This document shows, piece after piece, positions 1-8,516 of a DNA stretch of 64,000 bases (positions are counted from its first letter, which is position 1; every line of letters starts with the position of its first letter). The translations under genes were made by a program, and so were the position numbers. Source of the DNA: an uncultured Pelagibacteraceae bacterium (GTDB lineage: Bacteria > Pseudomonadota > Alphaproteobacteria > Pelagibacterales > AG-422-B15). A model generated the notes under the pieces. It saw only the letters and a program-made list of their open reading frames with translations, did not search any database and was not told where the DNA came from. The stretch spans positions 12,162 to 76,161 of the forward strand of contig CACGAG010000007.1 in assembly GCA_902571005.1 (NCBI GenBank), given 5' to 3'.

Positions 1-743
1 CTGATTTCTTTAAAATCATCAGAATAGCCTGTATCACCTAAATGAATAAAGCTATGATAATAGTTTTTAAAATGCCAAGCTCCCCATAAAGTTTCATTTC
101 TATCAAATAAGCCCCTTGCCGACCAATGCTGTACTGGAGCAAAAGTAATTTCTGTATCACTTACTTTAATTGAGTCCCACCAATCAAGTTCTCTCACATT
201 TTTTATACCTTTATTTATGAACCATTCTTCGAGACCCAGAGGAACTAAAAAAAGTACATCTTCGTATTTTTCCGAGATTAATTTCACGCTTCTATAATCA
301 AGGTGGTCATAATGACTATGAGAAATTGTTACGACATCAATGTTTGGTAAATCTTCAATTTCCATACCGGGTGGCATATATCTCTTTGGTCCGGCAAAAC
401 TTAATGGTGAGGCTCGATCAGTAAAATGTGGATCTGTAAGCACATTTATATCCTTGTTTTGATATAAAAAAGTTTCATGCCCAATCCATGTAGTAACAAT
501 GTTATCATTGTTATATATTTCTTTGTAATTTGGTTTCTCCATTTCAAATTTAAATGTCGATAAATCCTTACTTCTTCTCTCCCAACTCCATTGTAATAGT
601 TTTTTAAAACTACTTTCATATGGTACTCCATTAGTGTTTGCATAAGTTCCATCCGATAAATGATGTGCAGGGGTTTGTAGTAGGTTTTCAGTACTTGCTG
701 ACGCAGCATAAAATAAAAATAAGAACAATAAAACCAATCTCAT
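1..743 (-). CDS. MBL-fold metallo-hydrolase, secreted (3' end runs off the window)
   Basis: Not in the ORF track because the stop lies outside the window. Manual translation from the ATG at 743 gives MRLVLLFLFLFYAASASTEN..., which is signal-peptide-like. An in-frame ISHSHYDHLDY (HxHxDH metal motif) is encoded at 294-326. The track ORF 446-709 is an alternative frame of this gene. Confidence 0.8.
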   Translation of the reverse strand, partial: MRLVLLFLFLFYAASASTENLLQTPAHHLSDGTYANTNGVPYESSFKKLLQWSWERRSKDLSTFKFEMEKPNYKEIYNNDNIVTTWIGHETFLYQNKDINVLTDPHFTDRASPLSFAGPKRYMPPGMEIEDLPNIDVVTISHSHYDHLDYRSVKLISEKYEDVLFLVPLGLEEWFINKGIKNVRELDWWDSIKVSDTEITFAPVQHWSARGLFDRNETLWGAWHFKNYYHSFIHLGDTGYSDDFKEI

Positions 744-745
744 AA

Positions 746-1093
746 TTATTTATCCCTTAAGCTCCACAATATAGCCAGACATATACTTTTTGATATCGGA
801 AGCATATAAAGTACTGTCAGTATTGTAATTGGTATCCACGTAATTGCTTGCAACCATAACTGAGGTGAATAGTTTTGTTCTATATATAGAACTAAAGGAA
901 CAATGATGTGTCCAACAATAATAATTGTAAGCCAAGGACCAAAATCATCCGTTCTATAAATTGAGAGCTTTTCATTACAATTATTGCAATTAGACTTCAG
1001 TTTCAAATATTGCTTATAAATTCTTTCTTCTCCACATTGCGGGCATTTTTTAAATACTGATCGAGATAAGGCAAGTAATAATGATACTTTCAC
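746..1093 (-). CDS. DUF983-family zinc-ribbon membrane protein
   Basis: The CPQCGE...CNNC zinc ribbon is followed by two hydrophobic helices. This is the typical DUF983 layout. Confidence 0.7.
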   Translation of the reverse strand: MKVSLLLALSRSVFKKCPQCGEERIYKQYLKLKSNCNNCNEKLSIYRTDDFGPWLTIIIVGHIIVPLVLYIEQNYSPQLWLQAITWIPITILTVLYMLPISKSICLAILWSLRDK

Positions 1094-1098
1094 AATAA

Positions 1099-1683
1099 TT
1101 ACTTTTTGCTTAAAATAAATTCATTGCTTGAATCCGCCAACCAATCCCATAAATAATCAGCGAAACTCCATCTAACTGATATATCAAAAACTAGGTCATC
1201 TGATAATCTGTCAATGAGGACTGTTGCCTTACTTATATATGATTGAGCGCAAGAATTTCCTTTTGTGAGATATTGATCAAAATTAAGAGGGCAAGCTTTT
1301 GTTAAGACTTCAATACTTTTTGGGCCACTGAGTCTCATCGTCAAATAATAATCAGATACATCAGTAATTGCGCAAAATAAATCTGAAAGTATTTCTCTTA
1401 ATCCATTGATAACATTGTCTTTTTTTTCATCTTCACTTAATAATAAATATTCATTTGGTCCTAACCACAAAACTCTAGTCTCATTATTTCCAGTGACTTC
1501 ACCAGCACTTTTTGGAAGGCTATATGTAAGGTATTTTTCTACTGCATCCCTTGCTTGCACATCATCTTCCTTTAATCTCACATTAATTTTTCCTAAAAAA
1601 TCAATTAGCTCCAATGAAATATTATCCGAAGCGATTTTTTCTTTTTGTGTAAGAGGGGAAAAAATTTGCGGTTGATTACTCAT
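1099..1683 (-). CDS. soxG: sarcosine oxidase gamma subunit
   Basis: Size and position are right: last gene of the soxBDAG order, with an 8-nt ATGAGTAA overlap with soxA. The sequence is family-like. Confidence 0.8.
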   Translation of the reverse strand: MSNQPQIFSPLTQKEKIASDNISLELIDFLGKINVRLKEDDVQARDAVEKYLTYSLPKSAGEVTGNNETRVLWLGPNEYLLLSEDEKKDNVINGLREILSDLFCAITDVSDYYLTMRLSGPKSIEVLTKACPLNFDQYLTKGNSCAQSYISKATVLIDRLSDDLVFDISVRWSFADYLWDWLADSSNEFILSKK

Positions 1684-4681
1684 TATTCCTCTTACCTTCT
1701 TTGTCGTAGAATATTGTATCTGTCACAGTAGCTTCAATAATCTTGCCATTCATAAGTGGTACAACTACTTGTTCACCCATTTTACTAACGCCATCTTTTA
1801 ACATCGCTAGAGCGATAGGATAACCTAAAGTAGGACTGTAATAACTAGATGTAACATGTCCTAACATTTTCATCGGTGGCTGTTTTAATGCCTTTTCAAC
1901 GATATGTGATCCTTCCGGAAGGATCGTTTTTTTGTTATTAACTAAGAGTCCAACAAATTTTTTTCTATCAGGTCTAACGGTATCAGGTCTCGTAAAGGAT
2001 CTCTTGCCAAGAAAATCTTCTTTCTTCTTTGAAACGATCCAATCCATATTCATATCACTTGGTGTGACACTTCCATCTGTATCTTGTCCAACGATTATAA
2101 ATCCTTTCTCAGCTCGCAATACATGCATTGTCTCTGTACCATATGGAGTAATATTGTATTTTTTCCCATATTCCATAAATTTTTCCCAAACATAACGTCC
2201 ATAACGTGCAGGAACATTAACCTCATAGCTTAACTCTCCAGTAAAGCTAATTCTGAATATTCTTGCTTTAACTCCGCAAACTTCCCCTTCTTTAAATTTC
2301 ATGAATGGAAAATTTTCTTTTGATAAATCAATATTTGTTAAATCTTTTAAAAATTCTCTTGAATTTGGTCCCGATATAGACAGCACAGCCCACTGTTCAG
2401 TAACTGAGGTGCAAAACACTTTCATATCAAGCCATTCTGTTTGTAGAAATTCTTCTAACCAGGACATTACTCTCGCAGCGCCACCAGTTGTCGTTGTCAT
2501 GTGATAATGATTTTCTCCCAACCTACTTGTAACCCCATCATCAAATATCATGCCATGCTCATTGCACATTAATCCGTATCTGCATGAGCCAATTTCAAGT
2601 TTTGACCAAGCGTTTGTATAAATCATATTGAGGAATTTGGCGGCATCAGGCCCTTGTAGATCAATCTTTCCAAGAGTTGATGCATCTAATATACCCAGAC
2701 TGTTCCTTACTGCTAAACATTCTCTTTTAACTGCTTGGTGAATATCCTCTTTGTTTTGAGGAAAATAATATGGTCTTTTCCATTGCCCAACATCCTCAAA
2801 TACAGCTTTATTTTCAACATGCCATTCATGCATTGATGTTTTTCGTTCAGGGTCAAAAAGCTTGTCAACGCTTCTTCCGGCTATAGCTCCAATCGTCTGA
2901 GGAGCATAAGGCGGTCTAAAAGTTGTGTGACCTATTTCGTCGACAGGTTTATTATGAATATGAGACATTAAAGCCAATGCATTAACATTGGATGTTTTTC
3001 CTTGGTCAGTGCCCATTCCAGTTGTTGTATATCTTTTTGTATGTTCTACACTTATATAACCCTCTCTTTGCGCTAGAAAAATATCTGCAGCAGTTACATC
3101 GTTTTGAAAATCAATGAAATGTTTTGATCCTTTTGTAACTTTTTTCTTACCTAACATATATGGCTCAACATCAGAATGTGTGAACTCTATCTCTTCTTTT
3201 CCAGTCCAATTAACTTTTTCAACGCTATTGAAATTAAGTTCATTAGCTGCTGCTATTCCTGCTTCAAATGATTCATTTAGATTTTCTTGTAGATTAAACT
3301 GACCATTATTCGAACCAATTATTTTTTGGTTTTCGATGATTTTATCAGGAACAAAAGTATTTATCTTTAGATCATATTTTAGTTTACCTCTTGATTGGCT
3401 AAAGAGTTGGACTGCTGGATTCCAACCACCAGACATTAATACGCAATCAGTATGAATATTTTCAACTTCTCCTGTTAGTTGATTTTGATTTTTATCAACT
3501 TGCTGTATTTCAATTCTGTTTACTTTCTTATCGCCATAGGTCTTAATAACTGAATATGACTTATAAACCGTTATATTTAATGATTTACATTTTTCACTAA
3601 TTCTTGCATTTAAAAGATCTCTTGTATCTACGACTGTTACTTTAGCTCCCTTTTCAACAAACTCAAAAGCGGTTAAATAAGCATGGTCATTGTTAGTAAA
3701 AAGTACAACTGACTTACCTGGTAATACTCCGTACCTAGAGAGATACTTTTGACCTGCAGACGCCATCATGATCCCGGGTCTATCATTATCAGCAAAAACA
3801 AGTGGTCTTTCAAAAGCTCCTTGGGCCAAAATAACTTTTTTTGAACGTATCCGCCAATATCTTTCTCTCGGTAAGGTGCTTGAAAATTCTACATGATGAT
3901 TAGTAACTTTTTCTAAAGCTGTTAAATAGTTGTAATCATAATATCCCATTGCAGTGGTTCTTTTGAGAATTGTAACATTGGCTAAACCATTTAATTCTTC
4001 TATGATTTTCTTCAGCCACTTTTTACCATCTTTCTCATTGATGCTAAAATTATAATCAAGAAGATATCCTCCTAATTCCGGATTTTCATCTATTAGCAAA
4101 ACCTTACACCCCGATCGACCTGCGCCTAAAGCTGCGAGCAAACCTGAGATGCCTCCACCGACAATAGTAATATCAGTGTAATAAAATTTCTGTTCATATC
4201 TATCTGGGTTTTTTGCTGTAGGGGACTGACCTAACCCAGCAGCTTTTCTTATGAAATGCTCATAAAATAACCACATGCTTGGAGGCCATTTAAATGTTTT
4301 GTAATAAAAACCTGCAGGAAATATTCTTGATAGAAAGTTATTCATTGCTCCAATATCAAAATTAACTGATGGCCAACAATTTTGACTAGAAGCCTCTAGA
4401 CCTTCATAAAGCTCTATTTCTGTTGCACGAATATTGGGCTCTGTTCGTGCTCCTAGTCCTAATTGAACAATTGCATTTGGCTCCTCTGAACCTGCAGTTA
4501 ATATTCCTCTTGCGCGATGATACTTAAAACTTCTACCTATTAAATGAACATCGTTAGCCAATAACGCAGAAGCTAGCGTATCACCCTGATATCCAATATA
4601 AGACTTGCCGTTAAAAACAAAGTTAATTGGCTTTTCCCTATTTACTTTACCGCCGTAAATTGTCCTATTTTGATTACTCAT
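1676..4681 (-). CDS. soxA: sarcosine oxidase alpha subunit
   Basis: About 1000 aa, with an N-terminal NAD/FAD-binding region (TIVGGGISGLLAA) and a C-terminal GcvT-like folate domain. The track start at 4705 is a GTG. The ATG at 4681 (MSNQNRTIYGG) overlaps the soxD stop by 8 nt. Confidence 0.9.
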   Translation of the reverse strand: MSNQNRTIYGGKVNREKPINFVFNGKSYIGYQGDTLASALLANDVHLIGRSFKYHRARGILTAGSEEPNAIVQLGLGARTEPNIRATEIELYEGLEASSQNCWPSVNFDIGAMNNFLSRIFPAGFYYKTFKWPPSMWLFYEHFIRKAAGLGQSPTAKNPDRYEQKFYYTDITIVGGGISGLLAALGAGRSGCKVLLIDENPELGGYLLDYNFSINEKDGKKWLKKIIEELNGLANVTILKRTTAMGYYDYNYLTALEKVTNHHVEFSSTLPRERYWRIRSKKVILAQGAFERPLVFADNDRPGIMMASAGQKYLSRYGVLPGKSVVLFTNNDHAYLTAFEFVEKGAKVTVVDTRDLLNARISEKCKSLNITVYKSYSVIKTYGDKKVNRIEIQQVDKNQNQLTGEVENIHTDCVLMSGGWNPAVQLFSQSRGKLKYDLKINTFVPDKIIENQKIIGSNNGQFNLQENLNESFEAGIAAANELNFNSVEKVNWTGKEEIEFTHSDVEPYMLGKKKVTKGSKHFIDFQNDVTAADIFLAQREGYISVEHTKRYTTTGMGTDQGKTSNVNALALMSHIHNKPVDEIGHTTFRPPYAPQTIGAIAGRSVDKLFDPERKTSMHEWHVENKAVFEDVGQWKRPYYFPQNKEDIHQAVKRECLAVRNSLGILDASTLGKIDLQGPDAAKFLNMIYTNAWSKLEIGSCRYGLMCNEHGMIFDDGVTSRLGENHYHMTTTTGGAARVMSWLEEFLQTEWLDMKVFCTSVTEQWAVLSISGPNSREFLKDLTNIDLSKENFPFMKFKEGEVCGVKARIFRISFTGELSYEVNVPARYGRYVWEKFMEYGKKYNITPYGTETMHVLRAEKGFIIVGQDTDGSVTPSDMNMDWIVSKKKEDFLGKRSFTRPDTVRPDRKKFVGLLVNNKKTILPEGSHIVEKALKQPPMKMLGHVTSSYYSPTLGYPIALAMLKDGVSKMGEQVVVPLMNGKIIEATVTDTIFYDKEGKRNNE

Positions 4682-4958
4682 TTGATATCTCTGGCTTCGC
4701 TTCACCCATTTTATATGTTTTTATTATTTGATCTGTGACAGTGTCTCTCATTACATTAAACCATCGTCTGCATCCATGATCGTGAGTCCATCTTTCAAAA
4801 TGGGTTCCTTTTGGATTTTCTCTGAAAAAAAGATACCTGCCCCATTCTTCATCACTTATTTCAGATGGGTTATCTGGCCTTGCAATGTGAGCTTCGCCGT
4901 GACATGTGAATTCTGTCTGATCTCTTTCCCCACAATATGGACAATTAATTATAAACAT
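4674..4958 (-). CDS. soxD: sarcosine oxidase delta subunit
   Basis: 94 aa. It begins MFIINCPYCGERDQTEF with a zinc Cys/His pattern and lies between soxB and soxA. Confidence 0.9.
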   Translation of the reverse strand: MFIINCPYCGERDQTEFTCHGEAHIARPDNPSEISDEEWGRYLFFRENPKGTHFERWTHDHGCRRWFNVMRDTVTDQIIKTYKMGEAKPEISNE

Positions 4959-4969
4959 AATAAAAATTA

Positions 4970-6211
4970 TTAATGAGCAACCGCTGCCGCTGCAGCTTCA
5001 TCAACTAAGGCTCCTGAGAAATGTCTTTCTAATGAAAAAGGAGCTGCAATATCGTTTGGCTCTCCTCTAAAAACTGTCTCAGCAAATACATGAGCTGACC
5101 CTGGAGTTGCTTTGAATCCCCCAGTTCCCCAACCGCAGTTAATAAATAAGTCTTTTACAGGCGTCTTGCCTATAATTGGACTTCTATCAGGAGTTACATC
5201 TACGATTCCTCCCCAACTGCGAAGCATTTTAAGTCTTGAGAATATTGGAAATAATTCAACTAGAGGAGCCATCATATGTTCGATCATGTCAAAAGATCCT
5301 CTCTGAGAATATGAATTGTAGGCATCAGAGCCTGCTCCAACCACTAGTTCACCTTTATCTGATTGACTTACATAAACATGAACGGAGTTTGACATAATGA
5401 CACAATCTAGAATTGGTTTAACAGGCTCGCTTACTAAAGCCTGTAGGGGTACAGAGTTTATTGGGAGAGAAAAACCTGCCATATTAGCTAATACTGAGGA
5501 GTGTCCAGCAGGTACGAGACCAACTTTATCAACTTTAACAGCACCTTTTGTTGTTTGTAATCCAACAACCTTGCCATTTGAAATATCTATTCCTTTAACT
5601 TCACAGTTTTGAATTATATCGACACCAAGATTTTCTGCCGCTCTTGCATACCCCCATGCTACAGCATCATGACGCGCCGTTCCCGCTCGCCTCTGAAGTA
5701 AAGCCCCTAAAACAGGATATCTGCCATTAACATTCATATGAGGTATTTTTTTTGCAACTTGATCCTGATTTAGAATTTCAGCGTCAATACCATTTAAATA
5801 ATTAGAATAGCCTCTCCTTGTGATTTCTTGCATGTCATGAACCGAGTGCGCTAAGTGAAATAAACCTCTTTGTGAAAACATTACATTAAAATTAAGCTCA
5901 CTAGAAAGACCTTCCCATAAATTAACAGCATGATTATAAAGAGCTGCACTTTCATCCCATAAGTAATTAGATCTTATTATAGTTGTGTTACGTCCAGTAT
6001 TACCTCCGCCAATCCATCCCTTTTCAAGAACAGCAATATTTTTAACACCAAATTCTTTTGCTAGGTAATAGGCAGTTCCTAATCCATGACCGCCGCCTCC
6101 AACTATTACTACATCATATTCAGGTTTAAGATCGGGACTGCTCCATGCTTTTTCCCAATTCTCATGATAAGAAAATGAATTCTTAACTAAATTGTATAGT
6201 GAGTATTTCAT
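4970..6211 (-). CDS. soxB: sarcosine oxidase beta subunit
   Basis: 413 aa with the FAD dinucleotide fold VVIVGGGGHGLGTAYYLA. It is the first gene of the soxBDAG order. Confidence 0.9.
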   Translation of the reverse strand: MKYSLYNLVKNSFSYHENWEKAWSSPDLKPEYDVVIVGGGGHGLGTAYYLAKEFGVKNIAVLEKGWIGGGNTGRNTTIIRSNYLWDESAALYNHAVNLWEGLSSELNFNVMFSQRGLFHLAHSVHDMQEITRRGYSNYLNGIDAEILNQDQVAKKIPHMNVNGRYPVLGALLQRRAGTARHDAVAWGYARAAENLGVDIIQNCEVKGIDISNGKVVGLQTTKGAVKVDKVGLVPAGHSSVLANMAGFSLPINSVPLQALVSEPVKPILDCVIMSNSVHVYVSQSDKGELVVGAGSDAYNSYSQRGSFDMIEHMMAPLVELFPIFSRLKMLRSWGGIVDVTPDRSPIIGKTPVKDLFINCGWGTGGFKATPGSAHVFAETVFRGEPNDIAAPFSLERHFSGALVDEAAAAAVAH

Positions 6212-7443
6212 AACTTAAACCTCTTTACAGAATACGGTGACAAATCTAAATCTGTGTTATTTGCACAAATTTGTTGTGCAACCAGTTTTCCTGATATGCC
6301 GCCTAATGACCACCCAATATGTTGATGACCAAAATTATAATAAATATAAGGGTTTTTTGGAGATTGTCCAATCACTGGAAGAGAGTCAGGCACCGATGGC
6401 CTGAACCCTACCCATGTTTTTTGAGGAAGGTCTGCTGAGGGAAAAACTTCTTTTAATGCCCGGTTTAAAAAGTTAAGAACTCTTTCATTTTTTGTTTCAT
6501 TTAACGCTCCAAATTCAACAATTCCACCCGTTCTTAGACCGTCAGACATAGGTGTAAAATATGTTCCCCGTTCTTGCCATGATATAGGTCTTTTTACAAT
6601 ATTCTTCAATTCTGGATTGACCAAATGGTAACCCCTTTCAGCTTCCAGTGGCACTTTGTCGCCTATATGTTTAAGCAGATCATTAGACCACACTCCAGAT
6701 GTAATCACGACTCTATCGTGCAGGGTCTCTCCTGAGTTAGTTTTAATATTTATTTGATTAGTTTCAGTTTTTTTGATGGATATAACTTTCTCTTTTTTGA
6801 ATTTTCCTCCTTTTTTAATAAACAGTTTCATTAATGCTTCGCTAACCTTGATCGGACTTTTTGCAAAATAACTACCTTCAAATAATGCCCCTTTGTAAAA
6901 GATATTATTAATATTAGGTTCAAGATCAGAAATATCATCTCGACTTAGAGTTGTTATTTTAACGCCTGTTTCTTCTCTTTTAGAAAAATCTCGTTTTGCA
7001 GCATTAAAAAATAGTTTTGTAGACCATCCATACATAATTGACTCTCTTGAAATATAATCTTCTGCATTTGCTTCGTTTAATAGATCTTCATAACCATCAT
7101 CCATATGTGACAGTAAAGTTGTTAAATGTTGAACAGTGTGGTTAACTTTTTCATTTCTGCAATTACTTAAGTATTTTATAATCCAAGGAAATGTTTCGTT
7201 TAATCGTTTTAGGCTAATGAATAAGGGGCTGTTTTTGTTTAATAATAGATATGGAAATAAATAAAAATAGGATGATGAATTTGTTGGTATATTTGCATAT
7301 TTTGCATAAGTTCCAGCATTGCCGTAGCTTGCTTGTGATCCAGGATCATTCATATCATACAAGGTCACATCTTGACCGTACTTCTTAAGCCAATTGGCTG
7401 AAGAAATGCCAACTATTCCTGCTCCTATTACTGCTATTTTCAT
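6208..7443 (-). CDS. FAD-dependent oxidoreductase (DadA/DAO family)
   Basis: N-terminal MKIAVIGAGIVGISSANWL Rossmann motif, about 410 aa. It has an ATGA overlap with soxB. Confidence 0.7.
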   Translation of the reverse strand: MKIAVIGAGIVGISSANWLKKYGQDVTLYDMNDPGSQASYGNAGTYAKYANIPTNSSSYFYLFPYLLLNKNSPLFISLKRLNETFPWIIKYLSNCRNEKVNHTVQHLTTLLSHMDDGYEDLLNEANAEDYISRESIMYGWSTKLFFNAAKRDFSKREETGVKITTLSRDDISDLEPNINNIFYKGALFEGSYFAKSPIKVSEALMKLFIKKGGKFKKEKVISIKKTETNQINIKTNSGETLHDRVVITSGVWSNDLLKHIGDKVPLEAERGYHLVNPELKNIVKRPISWQERGTYFTPMSDGLRTGGIVEFGALNETKNERVLNFLNRALKEVFPSADLPQKTWVGFRPSVPDSLPVIGQSPKNPYIYYNFGHQHIGWSLGGISGKLVAQQICANNTDLDLSPYSVKRFKL

Positions 7444-7448
7444 TTTAA

Positions 7449-8504
7449 CTATTGTGATTTCATCTCTAGAAGTCTGCTTATGGTTCTGTTGAATTTATCT
7501 TTCAAATGATATGCGCTACCAAGATCGCTTATTTCTTTTTCTGTGCTTAAATATAATTTGATTTTATTATCATAGAGAACATCAATTAAATTAATAAATC
7601 TTTCTTGAAGATTAGAATTTGTATTTCCAAAATTTGGAACATTTTCAATGATTAATCTATCAATTAATTTAATTAGCTCGAGGTAGTCTTCAGTGCCTCT
7701 ATTATCGCCACAAATTTCATTGAATTGAAAACGAGCTATTCTATTAGACAAATTCTTAATAATAAAATTTCTCTTCTTTACACTTATTACTTTATCCTCG
7801 ACTGCAACTTTATTTGAATGGATAGAAAAAATATCATTTATTTTAAGCTTGCTAACCGGTGAATTTGATAAAAAAAAGTTTTTTTCTTCTTTTAATGATC
7901 TTGTTCTATAGTCAATGTCTATTGATAGATGATGAATTAGAGAATTTTTTTTAATTAAATTAATAAATGGAATAAAAAGTTCTCTTTGCAGCCCTTCTTT
8001 GTATAAGTCTTCTGGGCAGGAATTAGAAGTTAATACAATTAAAATATTATTTTTAAAAAACTCCTCGAACAAATGTCCCAGAATCATAGCGTCAGCTATA
8101 TTTGTGACCTGAAATTCATCAAAGAATATGAGACTTGATTTCGATTTAATGCCTTTTACAAGTTTTGAAATTATAAAATCTCTTGAATTTTTTTCATTTC
8201 TGAGTTGGTGTAATTGATCATGTATATCAATCATAAACTCATGAAAATGGACTCTTTGTTTTTCTTTTAAATTTACGTCATCATAGAATAAATCCATAAT
8301 GAGAGTTTTTCCAATTCCCACTCCCCCGTATAAATAAAAGCATTTCTTTTGATTTAAATTATATCGAAATAGTTTTTTTATAAAATTTCTGCTCGAACCT
8401 GACAAAAATTTATCTAATTCAATAACTAGATCTTTTTGCTTAATATTATGTTCAATATGCTTATCTTTACAGAGCTGTTCGTAAACTTTTAAAGCTTCTG
8501 ACAC
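7449..8504 (-). CDS. zapE: AFG1/ZapE-family ATPase
   Basis: Walker A GGVGIGKT and Walker B LIFFDEFQV are present, at about 350 aa. The start is GTG, because the next Met lies after Walker A. Confidence 0.7.
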   Translation of the reverse strand: MSEALKVYEQLCKDKHIEHNIKQKDLVIELDKFLSGSSRNFIKKLFRYNLNQKKCFYLYGGVGIGKTLIMDLFYDDVNLKEKQRVHFHEFMIDIHDQLHQLRNEKNSRDFIISKLVKGIKSKSSLIFFDEFQVTNIADAMILGHLFEEFFKNNILIVLTSNSCPEDLYKEGLQRELFIPFINLIKKNSLIHHLSIDIDYRTRSLKEEKNFFLSNSPVSKLKINDIFSIHSNKVAVEDKVISVKKRNFIIKNLSNRIARFQFNEICGDNRGTEDYLELIKLIDRLIIENVPNFGNTNSNLQERFINLIDVLYDNKIKLYLSTEKEISDLGSAYHLKDKFNRTISRLLEMKSQ

Positions 8505-8516
8505 TTTCTCAAGTAG

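Noticed and set aside
446-709. The 87-aa track ORF at the left end
   Set aside because: It is an alternative frame of the MBL-fold hydrolase gene. The hydrolase frame has a signal peptide and the HxHxDH motif, and it is open from 743 to the window edge.
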